Shown here: piece by piece, positions 25,761 to 36,700 of the stretch | Layout of the letters: every line of letters begins with the position of its first letter | How positions within the stretch are numbered: position 1 is the first letter of the stretch | Program-made: the position numbers and the translations under genes | Notes under the pieces: generated by a model | The model's database searches: none | The model's input: the letters and a program-made list of their open reading frames with translations, nothing else | Told to the model about the DNA's origin: nothing | Assembly: GCA_002633005.1 (NCBI GenBank) | Contig: NMRA01000193.1 | Coordinates: 128,641 to 192,640 of the forward strand | Length of the DNA: 64,000 bases | Origin: Phoronis australis | Taxonomy: Eukaryota > Animalia > Phoronida | Direction: 5' to 3'

Positions 25761-26423
25761 TAAACGCTAGGAACTACGCTAGGACCTAGCTAAAAGCTAG
25801 TCAAAGTCTCGTGCTCTCATTTAAAATGCACGGCAATATCTCACGAAGTCTTGCTTTTTAGCGAGGTCCTAGCGTTACTGAACGGGAGGCGGAGTCGGAT
25901 CTTGGTGTATTGCGATACTCGCGGGCGACTGTGTGTCGAGTGCAACAGAACCCTTCTAAACTCCGACTGGAAGCCGGACGCTACCTGAATGAATTCATAA
26001 AGCATCCTAGCCAACCAATCATGGTACAATGAGGCTGACGAGCACCAAATGTCCCACTTAGATCCATGTAGGGAAACAGATTCCATAGAAGAAACATATC
26101 CCCACGTGTATAGCTCTTCCAGCGTCACCTTGTGGCAAGTCAGTTGGAAGAGTTGCTGACACAGTCGGCGAATTTCGGAGTACGTTCTATAGAACAACAG
26201 TAGGCCTGAAAACTAAAATTATTGTTCACAGTAAAAGTCAATGATTGTATATTATCGTATTGACCAGGGCGTGAACAACCTGACACATTCTGAGCCTCGC
26301 GAGTGATTTGTATCCTTCAAAACTGATTCACGGACGTGCCCTTTTAACCTGACTCGTCACAGTTTGCAGTCGAATATATAACCCGGCCATGGGAATATTT
26401 CTAAACTAGAACGAATGTCTCTA

Positions 26424-29400
26424 TCAGCACCCATCACTGACAACCGTTGCCTCCACTTTGATTTCCATCGTGTCTCTTAGAAGCTTCACTCGGTCGCGGT
26501 TGAACTTGTTGTCGTAAAATGGCACCCAAAAGAAAATCTAGAGAAACAATGGAAAAGCAAAACATGATATTAGACCACATGCAAGTTGTGTTGCTGTGTT
26601 TGACAACAACCTGTTTGTTCGGAAGGCCCAGCCAAGTCGACGCGTGGCCGTAAGAGTTTAATCAGCCTCCACTGGTCGCTGGCGGATCCAGAATGTCGTA
26701 AGGGGCCCCAACCACAATTTTCGAATGAAAACATTCGCGTAAGCTCTAAAACGGCATGGTAAACCTCTCTTTTGGTCGTATGCGACGGGGCAGACCTCCT
26801 TCTCCCCTAAAGCTGGATACAGCGAAATAGTCTTCAAAACTTACCACTAATGAGACGATGCTGCGCGCGCCTGTCATGTTGGATTGTTTACAAAATGATA
26901 GTGAATAAAAAGTATAGTTTGTATATCATATTAGCGCGTATGCATTTGAAAATAATGCGTTTTTCAAAATACTAAGGTCATTTCACCGATGTTTAGGTTT
27001 AGGGCCTATTAAATCGAAGCACGTTGGTTTTTTTAATTACCAAAAAACATCACAACGCTTAACCGATCTTGAATTGTTGTGGAATGAAACAGTAGCAACA
27101 GACAATGCACATGCGTACACAGTGCACCGTTTTCAAATTCGCAATTTTAGGGTTGACAAATCACGGAAGCGTTTTCTTGAGTCACGACGATGGTTTCGAT
27201 GATACACTCTTTCACAATGCTACGAAAGGTAGTATAGGTGGCGCTGTGTCTAAGATAGTTTCGGTGATTGTTATGAGAAGGCAACGGAAATAGAATCCTA
27301 TTGCGGTGAGGAATTTCGTTTTACCGGTTTTACTACAGTAAAAGCAGTGGCGGATCTAGGATATCATAAGGGAGGGGGGCAACATGTTGCCTCGGGGAAT
27401 TGAGCAAAGCGCGATTGTATGTGCAGCACAGGCGGAAGGTTGCGGCTGCCGGGATGTTTGGAAAATATACCGGTGGACTAAAAAAAAAATAAATAAAAAT
27501 AAAAAAGCAGGAGCACAACTCCGTTCCGCCGCGATCTGGGGTCTGAGACCCCCCCCCCTTTTCCGCTACCGGTCCTAGTTACTGAACTCAACATTTCCTC
27601 ACGCTTCACGCTGTTGCTGTTTCATTTTGCTTGCAGAAGCCAAGGGTGGGGGGCGGGCCCCCTGCCCGCCCCCGCCCCCCCTAAATCCGCCTATGAAAAG
27701 TCCTGTAGTCGGTACACCATCCCTTAAAATTTAAGAGCTGAGCATTGGCTAGGACTGAGAAATGTAGCTTTAATTTTGCTCAACTGACTGTTTCTTTCAC
27801 AGTACTGGCGCACACGTCTTAAATAGTAGGCACAGTGTGAGGCGTCTCATGTACTCATAGACATGTCAGACATTCGCACCCCTGGACTGCCAAATAAAAT
27901 CTGGAAAATTTCAGGGAGGCATGACCCCCTTGCCCCCCGCCCCCCTTAAATCCGCCACTATAACTCAAATCACGCCCACAAAGACATTGTTTCACCCGCT
28001 GTGTGTTTCGATTCGTATGTAATCGCAGCTTTACACACTGCAGGCGAATGCCTGGCCACAAGGCGCGAATTAGATACTGTAAAAATTGGGAAGACGCATC
28101 GGCAATTTTTGCAAAACTACTCACCAGGTTGAAAAGAACGGCGAATGGCACCGAAAGAGGGACCAGGCCAGAACTGAATGACATCAAATCTCCCGTGTTG
28201 AGGTTGATTTCAATGACGTCGACCCACTCAGCCCAGGTGTACACGAATATTCGAATGAAGTCCTTGCTTATCTAAATAATAAAATCAAGATAATACAAAC
28301 TTTTCGACATTTTAACGCCAACGTGGTAAAAATTGCAGTACAACGGTCTTTTAACGAACCATTTAAAAGGAAAACCGTTTATAAGCATACAGTGCTGGTG
28401 TCAAATAAATTTCAAAGTGGTTTTATAATAGAAGATAAGATTTTGCACTGCTTGGCGCCATCAGTGGCGGATCTAGGCTGTGAGGTGTCGTAGTGGATAA
28501 ACCGTGGCCACCATCAGTGGATAACCGAATTACTGTACACGATTAAGGTCAACAGACACTTTAACCGCTGGCCTCATGACAGTGCCTGATAACACGATAT
28601 GATCCGTCCATTTATAATGTGTTAAGGTTATGTAAGGACCCTAGAAATTATGTCAAAACGTGGCTAACTTAGGAACACCATATCTCAGAAATGGCTGATC
28701 GAACGGCGGCTCTCAAATGAAACCATCAAATGCACTGTGCTCAACAAGGCTGTTAAAATGAGATATGAAAAATAAGACTTTTATGCGCTTAAGAAACAAA
28801 AATCAAAAAGTTGCACTAATGGAATAAAAAGCCCACATCTTCAGCATTTATATCGAACGAAAGTTTATCGATGGCGCTGCTATCTTTCCTTTTGCTAAAA
28901 ATTTCTATCATTATCACGTAACCCAATGCATGGCAGATTGCCACAAAGTCAGAAATTCAAATCCAACAGGAAACATAAACTTTAACAGAGTTATATGTTA
29001 TAGTTTTGTAGATGTCGTTGGTTGAATGCACTGAGTCTCGGCGGTCCTGCCGCAGATGTCCAGAAGGGACCTTGGCAAGGAGGTCACCATACATGCCTCC
29101 TTTGCATGGACGGGGCCCACGGCCTGGACCCCTTCCGACCCCTGCTTGTATTATTTATGCCTGCCAGTTTTACTCCATTGTATATTATTGATCATTATAG
29201 ATCGGTTGTAACTAGTCTACCTTATGTATATCGTAGTACGCGTCGGTGGGGTCGGACTTCGTTAATATTTTCAGGGCTTCGCAGATACACTTTGTTATTT
29301 CGTTCTTGTCTACTCCCTCCATTTTCCACCTGATCAGAAACAAAATGGCCACCAACGGTTATTCGTGAATCATGCCAACTGAATAGAACACCATAGGTGT

Positions 29401-30558
29401 AGACCAAAAGCTTTCAAAGACTTATGAAGTATTTATTCAGTGAGTGTAACACTTACGCTAAAACATTTGTTCAAATCCACGAAAATCAATAAAAATGATT
29501 TTAAATATTTGAGCCCGGGGTGGTATCTTTTTACACGAAATCAAACTCGAAAATATTTTTGTTATTCTCCATTCTCCTTGAATACGAACTCAAAATAATT
29601 GTCCATAATTTTGTTCTTGAATATATCAAAGCCTACATGATGTTTAATCCTATTTTGCACTTGATGACCTCTGAGCATTTAACCGAAAGCTCGACTTTCT
29701 ACTCGAGTTCGTTGTAACTCGAAATCTTGAGTTCATCAAGTGCGAGCTTGGGTTGGACACTCCTACGCGTAAACCAAAATATACTCACGCAAGTAGAACG
29801 GAAAATGACAACAATATTTTCGATTTCGAGTGAAAAGAACCGGCCCTGGGCCAAGCTTGAAGTTTTTGCTACGACACATTTTTCATCACCGTCATTAAAC
29901 TCGGTTTGTAATACGGGCTTCATAGTACTTACACAATGCACAACTTTACAGATTTATGTAAGTCTCATGCGGGCTAGGATACGTGTTCCGCTGCTAACAC
30001 TTTGGACCAAATGTTGTTATATATCTGCATCGCGCACATAATCGACCTGTCTGTTCTTGACAAAACTATTACCAGCAAAATAAATTCTGAATGATAACAC
30101 GGTTTGTGAAAACATGGTTATGCAGGGTATATGAGATATCGCTGCTGTTATAGGCAGGATGCAAAAAATGGGACAAAAACGAATCGATAAATGAATAGGT
30201 AAAAATAAAGGGAATTCTTTTCTGGCTGACGCAAAATTAGATAACTTATCAAGGTTCGTGGTCAAAGGTTCGTTTACATTAATTCTGGCATACCTCACCC
30301 AGTTAGCGCATTTGAAGTGTTAAGACAAACAATATCAGTATACCACCTTTCTTTGTATGAATGAAGTTGCTTGATCCCAGGTAACCACATGGACGGTCTT
30401 AGTAAGGCCTGGACTGGTGCTTGAATAATAGCAGACACGCCAGGCATAGGTACTGATTTCTGGCCATTAGGCCTACTTCTCGTGCTGCATGGAACGGACC
30501 CGTCATTAATTTCTATGCTTTCGGCCACTGTGCTGGGATTGTCTGGCGAAGACTCCAT
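26424..30558 (-). CDS. Uncharacterised protein of about 193 aa with a DUF1499-like C-terminal motif pattern
   Basis: Exons 30558-30347, 29329-29221, 28271-28125 and 26537-26424 have canonical splice sites and matching phases (2, 0, 0). Spliced product: ...LLRPSMWLPGIKQLHSYKER/WKMEG...YYDIHK/ISKDFIRIFVYTWAEWVDVIEINL...MSFSSGLVPLSVPFAVLFNL/IFFWVPFYDNKFNRDRVKLLRDTM...*. A probable upstream exon ends at a gtaagt donor at 30934. Confidence 0.8.
27345..27695 (+). mobile_element. MITE with 5-bp TSD AAAAG
   Basis: CAGTGGCGGATCTAGG...CCTAAATCCGCCTATG. Internally homologous, in inverse orientation, to 36123-36390. Confidence 0.8.
28622..29010 (+). mobile_element. Kolobok-like non-autonomous element, partial copy related to 63016-63485
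   Basis: TTAA-GGTTATGTAAGGACCCTAGAAA...GGCTAACT...TCTCAGAAATGGCTGATCG and ACAGAGTTA...TATAGTTTTGT are shared with the 63016 element. Confidence 0.5.
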
Positions 30559-31317
30559 TCCACTGAAAAAATATTGGGGTCAAACGTTTTTTAAATCTGC
30601 ATTTCGTGTGTGACTACTCGGATTCCGATATGTTTAGCAGCCGCTATAACCAAAATTGAATATCTTTTACTCTCTAGTAAAATCGGTCTTAGTGGTAATG
30701 TTCCTTACTGTGATATGATATTCTATAAGTAAGTATAAATAAGTAAAAGTTTATTTAACGTCGATGTGTGACGACGAAATCATTTGAACTCAGGACACAC
30801 GCACACCAAACTCACACACACCCACTCGCGTGCACGCACACACACGCGCGCGCACACCTGCACGGATACGCGCACCCATGTGTTGCATATTCCGGCGACT
30901 TGTAAGAATTCAATTAATTCAGTTAGCACTTACCTTGCCAGTTGTTTTTTTACTGAATCGGCCACGTCAGTGAGTGTTTGGTTAGTGTGCTCCAGTTTTA
31001 TCTCAGTCGAAGCCAGCTTGTCGACTATATGATAGGCTAAAACTCATGTGACAAGATACTTGGTCATTTCTAACGAGATACGTCTCCGCACAGCACGAAT
31101 CGAGTCCACACATAATATGTGTGTATGCGGTTATCCGATGTCTCAAAATGCTGCAAACACTGCTAACTGGACCACTGTGTCGGTTCTAGTCTCGCGAACT
31201 TTACATTTCCCTGTTGTGTGGGTGCACAGAACACCGGTAAAGTTTGTTGCTTATGTAACGTCACGTGATATGTAACTCGATATCAAGTACTTTGATCAGT
31301 AACCTAACAAAAAGAAC

Positions 31318-31320
<3 letters not shown>

Positions 31321-31363
<43 letters not shown>

Positions 31364-31398
31364 TGTGTGTGTGTGTGCGTGTGTGTGTGTGTGTGTGT
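31321..31398. repeat. (GT)n microsatellite
   Basis: Nearly pure GT run. Confidence 0.95.
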
Positions 31399-31554
31399 CG
31401 TATCATGCGCTTCAAGAAGTTGAACGTATCGTTGTTGTCATTCAACAGTCAAATTAGTCGAGTGAAAGGTATATCAATATACGTTTTGTGCAGTTAAAGG
31501 TAAGATGATATTAGTACTATTAGAGCAATAATGAATGCACAGGCCGCAATAGGG

Positions 31555-31870
31555 ATAATAATAGTAATTCTGATGATGATGATGATAACACAATGATAAT
31601 TATTTGTGACTATTACGATAACCGTTGTAATGACAGTGAGGATGGCGATGATAACAATCATGACAATGACGACGGCAATGATGATAGCGATGTTGATGAA
31701 TATGATGGTGTCGATGATGATGAGGAGGTCGATAACGATCCTGAAGATGAGCCGACGATAGGTCTAGTATTACTAATAATGTTAGTAATAATATAATAAT
31801 AGTGAAATGATAACAACAGCAACAATAGCTATAATAACAATAATAATGGTGGTGGTGGTGGTGATGCTAA
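31555..31870. repeat. Degenerate (GAT)/(AAT)/(GGT) trinucleotide low-complexity tract
   Basis: Runs of gat, aat and ggt triplets; this explains the Asp-rich ORF 31593-31796. Confidence 0.8.
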
Positions 31871-32199
31871 TGAAAATCAAACCTTATTTGTACCTAAAAC
31901 AACTCGGTGGCTAATACAATACAAAACACGAGAATACATTATAAAATGAGTTTTTAAAAACTGTCATTGCTTAGTCAACGAAATGAGTGTCTTTCTATGA
32001 ACGGGTGGTGCGGTCACTGAAGGTGATATGTTGGACCACAAACTGGGGCAAAGGCAGTTTATTAAATTGTCATTCGTACCAATTGCTGAAGCGGATTTTA
32101 ATTGAGGTTACTGCCTCAGAGAATTTGCGTGTTCAGGATATGTAGAAACTTATTGACAGGTCTTCGTATGTCAAATATCTACCAAAACTGTATATTTGA

Positions 32200-33150
32200 A
32201 CTCAGTGCAAGTATTTATTTTCTGAAAGTAGAAAGTCTGTAGAATTTGATTTGTGAGTTTTTAACAATATACTATTAACAGGATCACGTGACCATGTTTT
32301 GTTAGTGCAATTTAGCAAAGAGAAACTTAAGGTGCATTGACAACAAAATAACTTGGTCAAATTTTGTTTGATGTAAATCTTCAAGATGCCATCTCAAAAA
32401 CGCTGTTACACTTTTCCAAAATATCGTTTCGTTTTCGTTTATGGAACTTAAGATTTTTCATAGAAATCATAAAACTCCTGTTTTTGATAGCCCTCATGCA
32501 AAGGTAGGCCACTTTGAAAACAAATCTTAGCATCTCTAAATTCCATAATTGTTTTGTATCATTTATGCTATTTATTTTCTTATTCAATACCTCTGAATCA
32601 CGCTGTTGTTTCTTAACTCGAATCAACTTTCGGTACTCTCTCTTGCTTGATTTGCAAAATTCTAGGTAACTGACAGACCTGAACTTGGGAAATTTAAGAG
32701 CCTTTTCATGTCCCTAACTCATTATCCCACCAAGGGGGTTGTGACTTAAAATTGCCCTTTCCATATTTATTGGACTGCAAGATCATATTTGATGCTGCAC
32801 ATCTGTGCAAATGGGACAGATCATGCACTGCTTCATCCACCAAATTATTTTCAATCAAACGATAAAATTCATTCGGAAAATCATTGAAACACACGGTAAA
32901 TTTCGTCTCATATGAGGATACCATGTCCGCGGACCACACAATTTTCTCACACGGTCTGACACAGACCCACGGTCTGACCCTGTTCAACTGACAGCAGTAC
33001 AATTTACGCCTGGTGTTAGAGAACAAAGTATGGGGAGATGATCAGACACGTCGAATAAATCTACCTTAAACTTAAATACATGTTCATACAAATCACGTGA
33101 TACCAACAAATAATCCACACCGCTTCTCCCTCCTGATGCATAACAGGTAA
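32200..33150 (-). mobile_element. Decayed LINE ORF2 fragment (APE endonuclease C-terminus and linker)
   Basis: The minus strand reads GGRSGVDYLLVSRDL...FDVSDHLP (endonuclease SDH motif), then QPPWWDNEL, with stops and frameshifts. Confidence 0.65.
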
Positions 33151-33759
33151 ACTGAAAAAAAGAACCTATTCTTTCTAACTTTGACGAAACATCGAGACAT
33201 TGTATGACAAAAATTAAATGTCACCACACACTCGTATTTTACAAATCGTTTTACCTCTCATTTGAAAATTCATTTCCCTGAATAGAACACCTGATTAGAA
33301 GAATGTGATTTAGGTGGCCGTACGAAGGTCACGTGATCTGGGTTTTTTAAGTCAGAAATGTACACGCCCGCCTGCATTTAAAATAAGCCAAGCGCTCTAA
33401 GTCAGAGTATTTACACGACTGCTGGATGTCGGGAACAACCAATGTAAAAAGGTTACTTGCAGGACTTTTTTGTAAACTGAGATCGTCGAATTGGTGTAAT
33501 TACGAATGATTGAAAGACAAGACGACTTCGCGTATCTTATTACATGAGGAAACGCTCCAATACAGGCATTTGGATCTAACACTGGTAGCTGATGCTCTGA
33601 TGTATGTGTGAAGGGCGAATTTATTTAAGTGCAAAGACGTTTTTAAGTTTGCCTGACATCCAAGTTTCAAGTGCCGCCCAAACCAGTTGTTCCAAAGACC
33701 GAGGAAAGACGGATAGTTACGGCCGACTATATAGTGTGCTGTAGGACACCAGAGGAACA

Positions 33760-36700
33760 ATGTCGAATCAGGAGACGCGTCCGAGCCACATTGTCATGGG
33801 AGAATCTTACTATGACCCTGGATATATAAGATCGATCTCTGGCATTTTAAAAATAATAGAAATCGTAAGTGGGTATTTATTTTTAATTTCGCAATTCCGT
33901 TAACGAAAACTTTTTATTCAACTCAACCCCGCCATTGATGTGCTCTAATATATCAAACGCCCTCTAATACTTCTGACGCAGTCTAGCCACGTTTGGGGCG
34001 TATTTAGTAAATATGTGTTCCATAATTCACTATATATTGCCTTATGACCAACTCCGACATGCTTGTCTGGCGCTATATAGCGGAAGACTATAAAATCAAG
34101 CTTAATGACTTACATGAGTAATTTAGTATCAGCCCAAGTCACTAAAATGATACAACATTTAACCGAACTGTTTTTTAGAACAAATTGTGGACTGATTTCC
34201 TTTCCATTCGCAGCCTTCCATAAAGTGTTGGTTCAGAATAACCCAATCCCGTGCTCTGAGATGTATGTTTGAAATGTAAGCCAGAGACGAAACGTTCCGT
34301 TCTCCACAGTTGAACACACGGCTAATATTGCCCTAAATTAAGCTCGGTTACCTTAAATGGTAGCGCAGCTAGTCGTTAATTCACCGTCATTCGTGGGTAC
34401 TACCTCCGCAAATTACCATTTGCCTGTCTATCTCGGACCGCAATCGAGGTTATCGGTTATCGTCAGCAGGCTACTTGGACTGGCGTGGTAACGTTCATAG
34501 CACTCAGCGTCGAGACAAAACAAACTGTTTTGTCGCCAAAAGGCGCTTATAATAACTGTTTCAAGTGTTTCTTCACACTTTTTTGCAAAAATCAGACGAA
34601 TGCAAGTATGTTTTTCGGGGTTCTAACGCCACCCAAATACATATATAGACAAGGACGTACTGTGCAAGTTATTGAAGTTCTGTCCTGCAAACTAACGTGC
34701 TGCAAACGCGTTGTTCAATATTGATATTTTTACATAGGTAATCCAGACTTGTAATAACGAACAGGGGAACAAAGGAGACACCCTGCCCAAATCTTATTGA
34801 AAACTTAACAAGTACTAAGGTAATGCAAAGGTTCGGGACTGAGTCTGCACCGCGAAATTGATTCCAAAAATAGTGCGTGGTTTGTGGGCGGAAAACAGAA
34901 GCTCGTGGGCTCTGGGGTCTAATCTTCGAACTCGAACTTTTGACATTTTCAGTTCTGTTCGATTCTTATGGAACTCATAATAAATGCACATGATTTGTCA
35001 TTCAATGAGAATTAGGGTTTACGCAGACTGATGAATTCCTTAGTTCCCACTTGATGACCCCATCCGAGAACTCAGGTTCAACCTCGACACTTCGAGTTCA
35101 GACTCGAATTTGCAACCACTCTCGGACACATATCGATGGTTTGAAACCAAAGCTCTTATTCCTTACAAATTTTTTCAATCACCGCCAACTACTGATTATG
35201 TCGTCATTTTACGGTACACGAGCACAAAATAGTTGACACTTATCTTATGTTCGTAGTAAAGTAGATTAAAAAATAATTTGGAGTTCGAGTTCTCAGACAA
35301 CTGAATATTCCGGGCCCACGCCCTTCAACGAAAACGCGACAAGCCTCTGTCGCTGTACTTTCATGGGTACTCGCGAACCCTGAAGTCAGTGACCCGTCAG
35401 AGAACTTAGTAACGTAGGTAGACATTATATTTACTGCATGCCGGCCAATACCCCAGGGTAAACCTAGTCGACTACGTACCCTAACTTCATCCTTTCAGAA
35501 AGACGACAAGACAAGCCGGATAGGGATTAAAAAATTCCACTGACAGGTAGCACATAGAGAGGGAGAACCCGAAACGACCTCGGTTATTTTTTATAGCCTT
35601 GTTGAGCTTCCCCGTTACAGGGGTACCGTAAAAATCATACGCACGAGCATCGCGTCTTACGCACAAACCACCCGCGAACCTATGAATCATGTAAACGAAT
35701 CCATGAATCATGTATACAAACCCAAAAATCACGCATAGTACGCGCAAAAATCATGAGCACGAACAGCAATCACACATACGAAAACAAGTCATATCTCATG
35801 ACCATCCGAATCCGGCTTACGCACGAACCACCTGCGTGTGATTCGATGCTCGTGTGTATGATTTTGTGATCTTAATGTATGATGTTTGTGGTTCGTGGGC
35901 ATGATTTTTGTTCGTATGAATGATTCATAGGTTCGTAGGTGATTCGTGCGCAAGATGCTATGCTCGTGCGTTGATTGAGAGCTCTGAACGGTATGTGTGG
36001 ATTTCAAACATTCAGCCAATCATATTCCAGTCACATAACTTTGACTGAGGTTTGCACATGCGCAGACAGTGTTCACCTGCAAGGGGGAAATTTGAAGCTG
36101 CCGAAATCAGTGACTGGAGATGCATAGCCGGATTTAAGGGGCCCAGGGGGCCCCCTCCCCCCCCCCCCTGGCTGCCGCAAGCAAATTGGAAAAGCAACAG
36201 CGTGAAGAAATATCAGTAACTAGGACCGGTAGGGGATGAGAAGGGGCTCAGATTCCAGAGCGGAAGGTCCTCATCCCTACCCCCGCAACTTTCCAACTTT
36301 CGGGCCCCCGTGCACATACAATCGCGCTTTGCCCAATTCCCGGAGGCAACATGTTGAGCCCCCCGTTATGGTTTCCTAGATCAGCCACTGAGATGTTCCG
36401 CATGGCTTAGTAGAGTTTCGTTCCACACGTTTTGTTGCTATTACTCTCGAAAGTATTTTCGATATAAATATGGGAAAACATCTTTAGGTGGGGAATCTGG
36501 TCGTCAATACATACGTGTGACTCTCCGTCCCGACCACCACTGAGCCAATATTCAATGCTACCTAATGCAACAGCCAGTTATAGTATGTCCCCGTCCTATG
36601 ACTCTTACACTTGGCCGAAATGCAAGTAGACAAACATTCAAATTGCTATTCTTCAAGTTTTTCAAAGGCGACAAGAACATTTCAGAAAATAACCTTTCAA

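Noticed and set aside
30290-30320. KCANWVR|gt on the minus strand as a PR/SET 'NWMR' motif
   Set aside because: An in-frame stop lies immediately upstream, and the region is intronic to the DUF1499-like gene.
31593-31796. Asp-rich 67-aa ORF
   Set aside because: It is a by-product of (GAT)n low-complexity sequence with no splice context.
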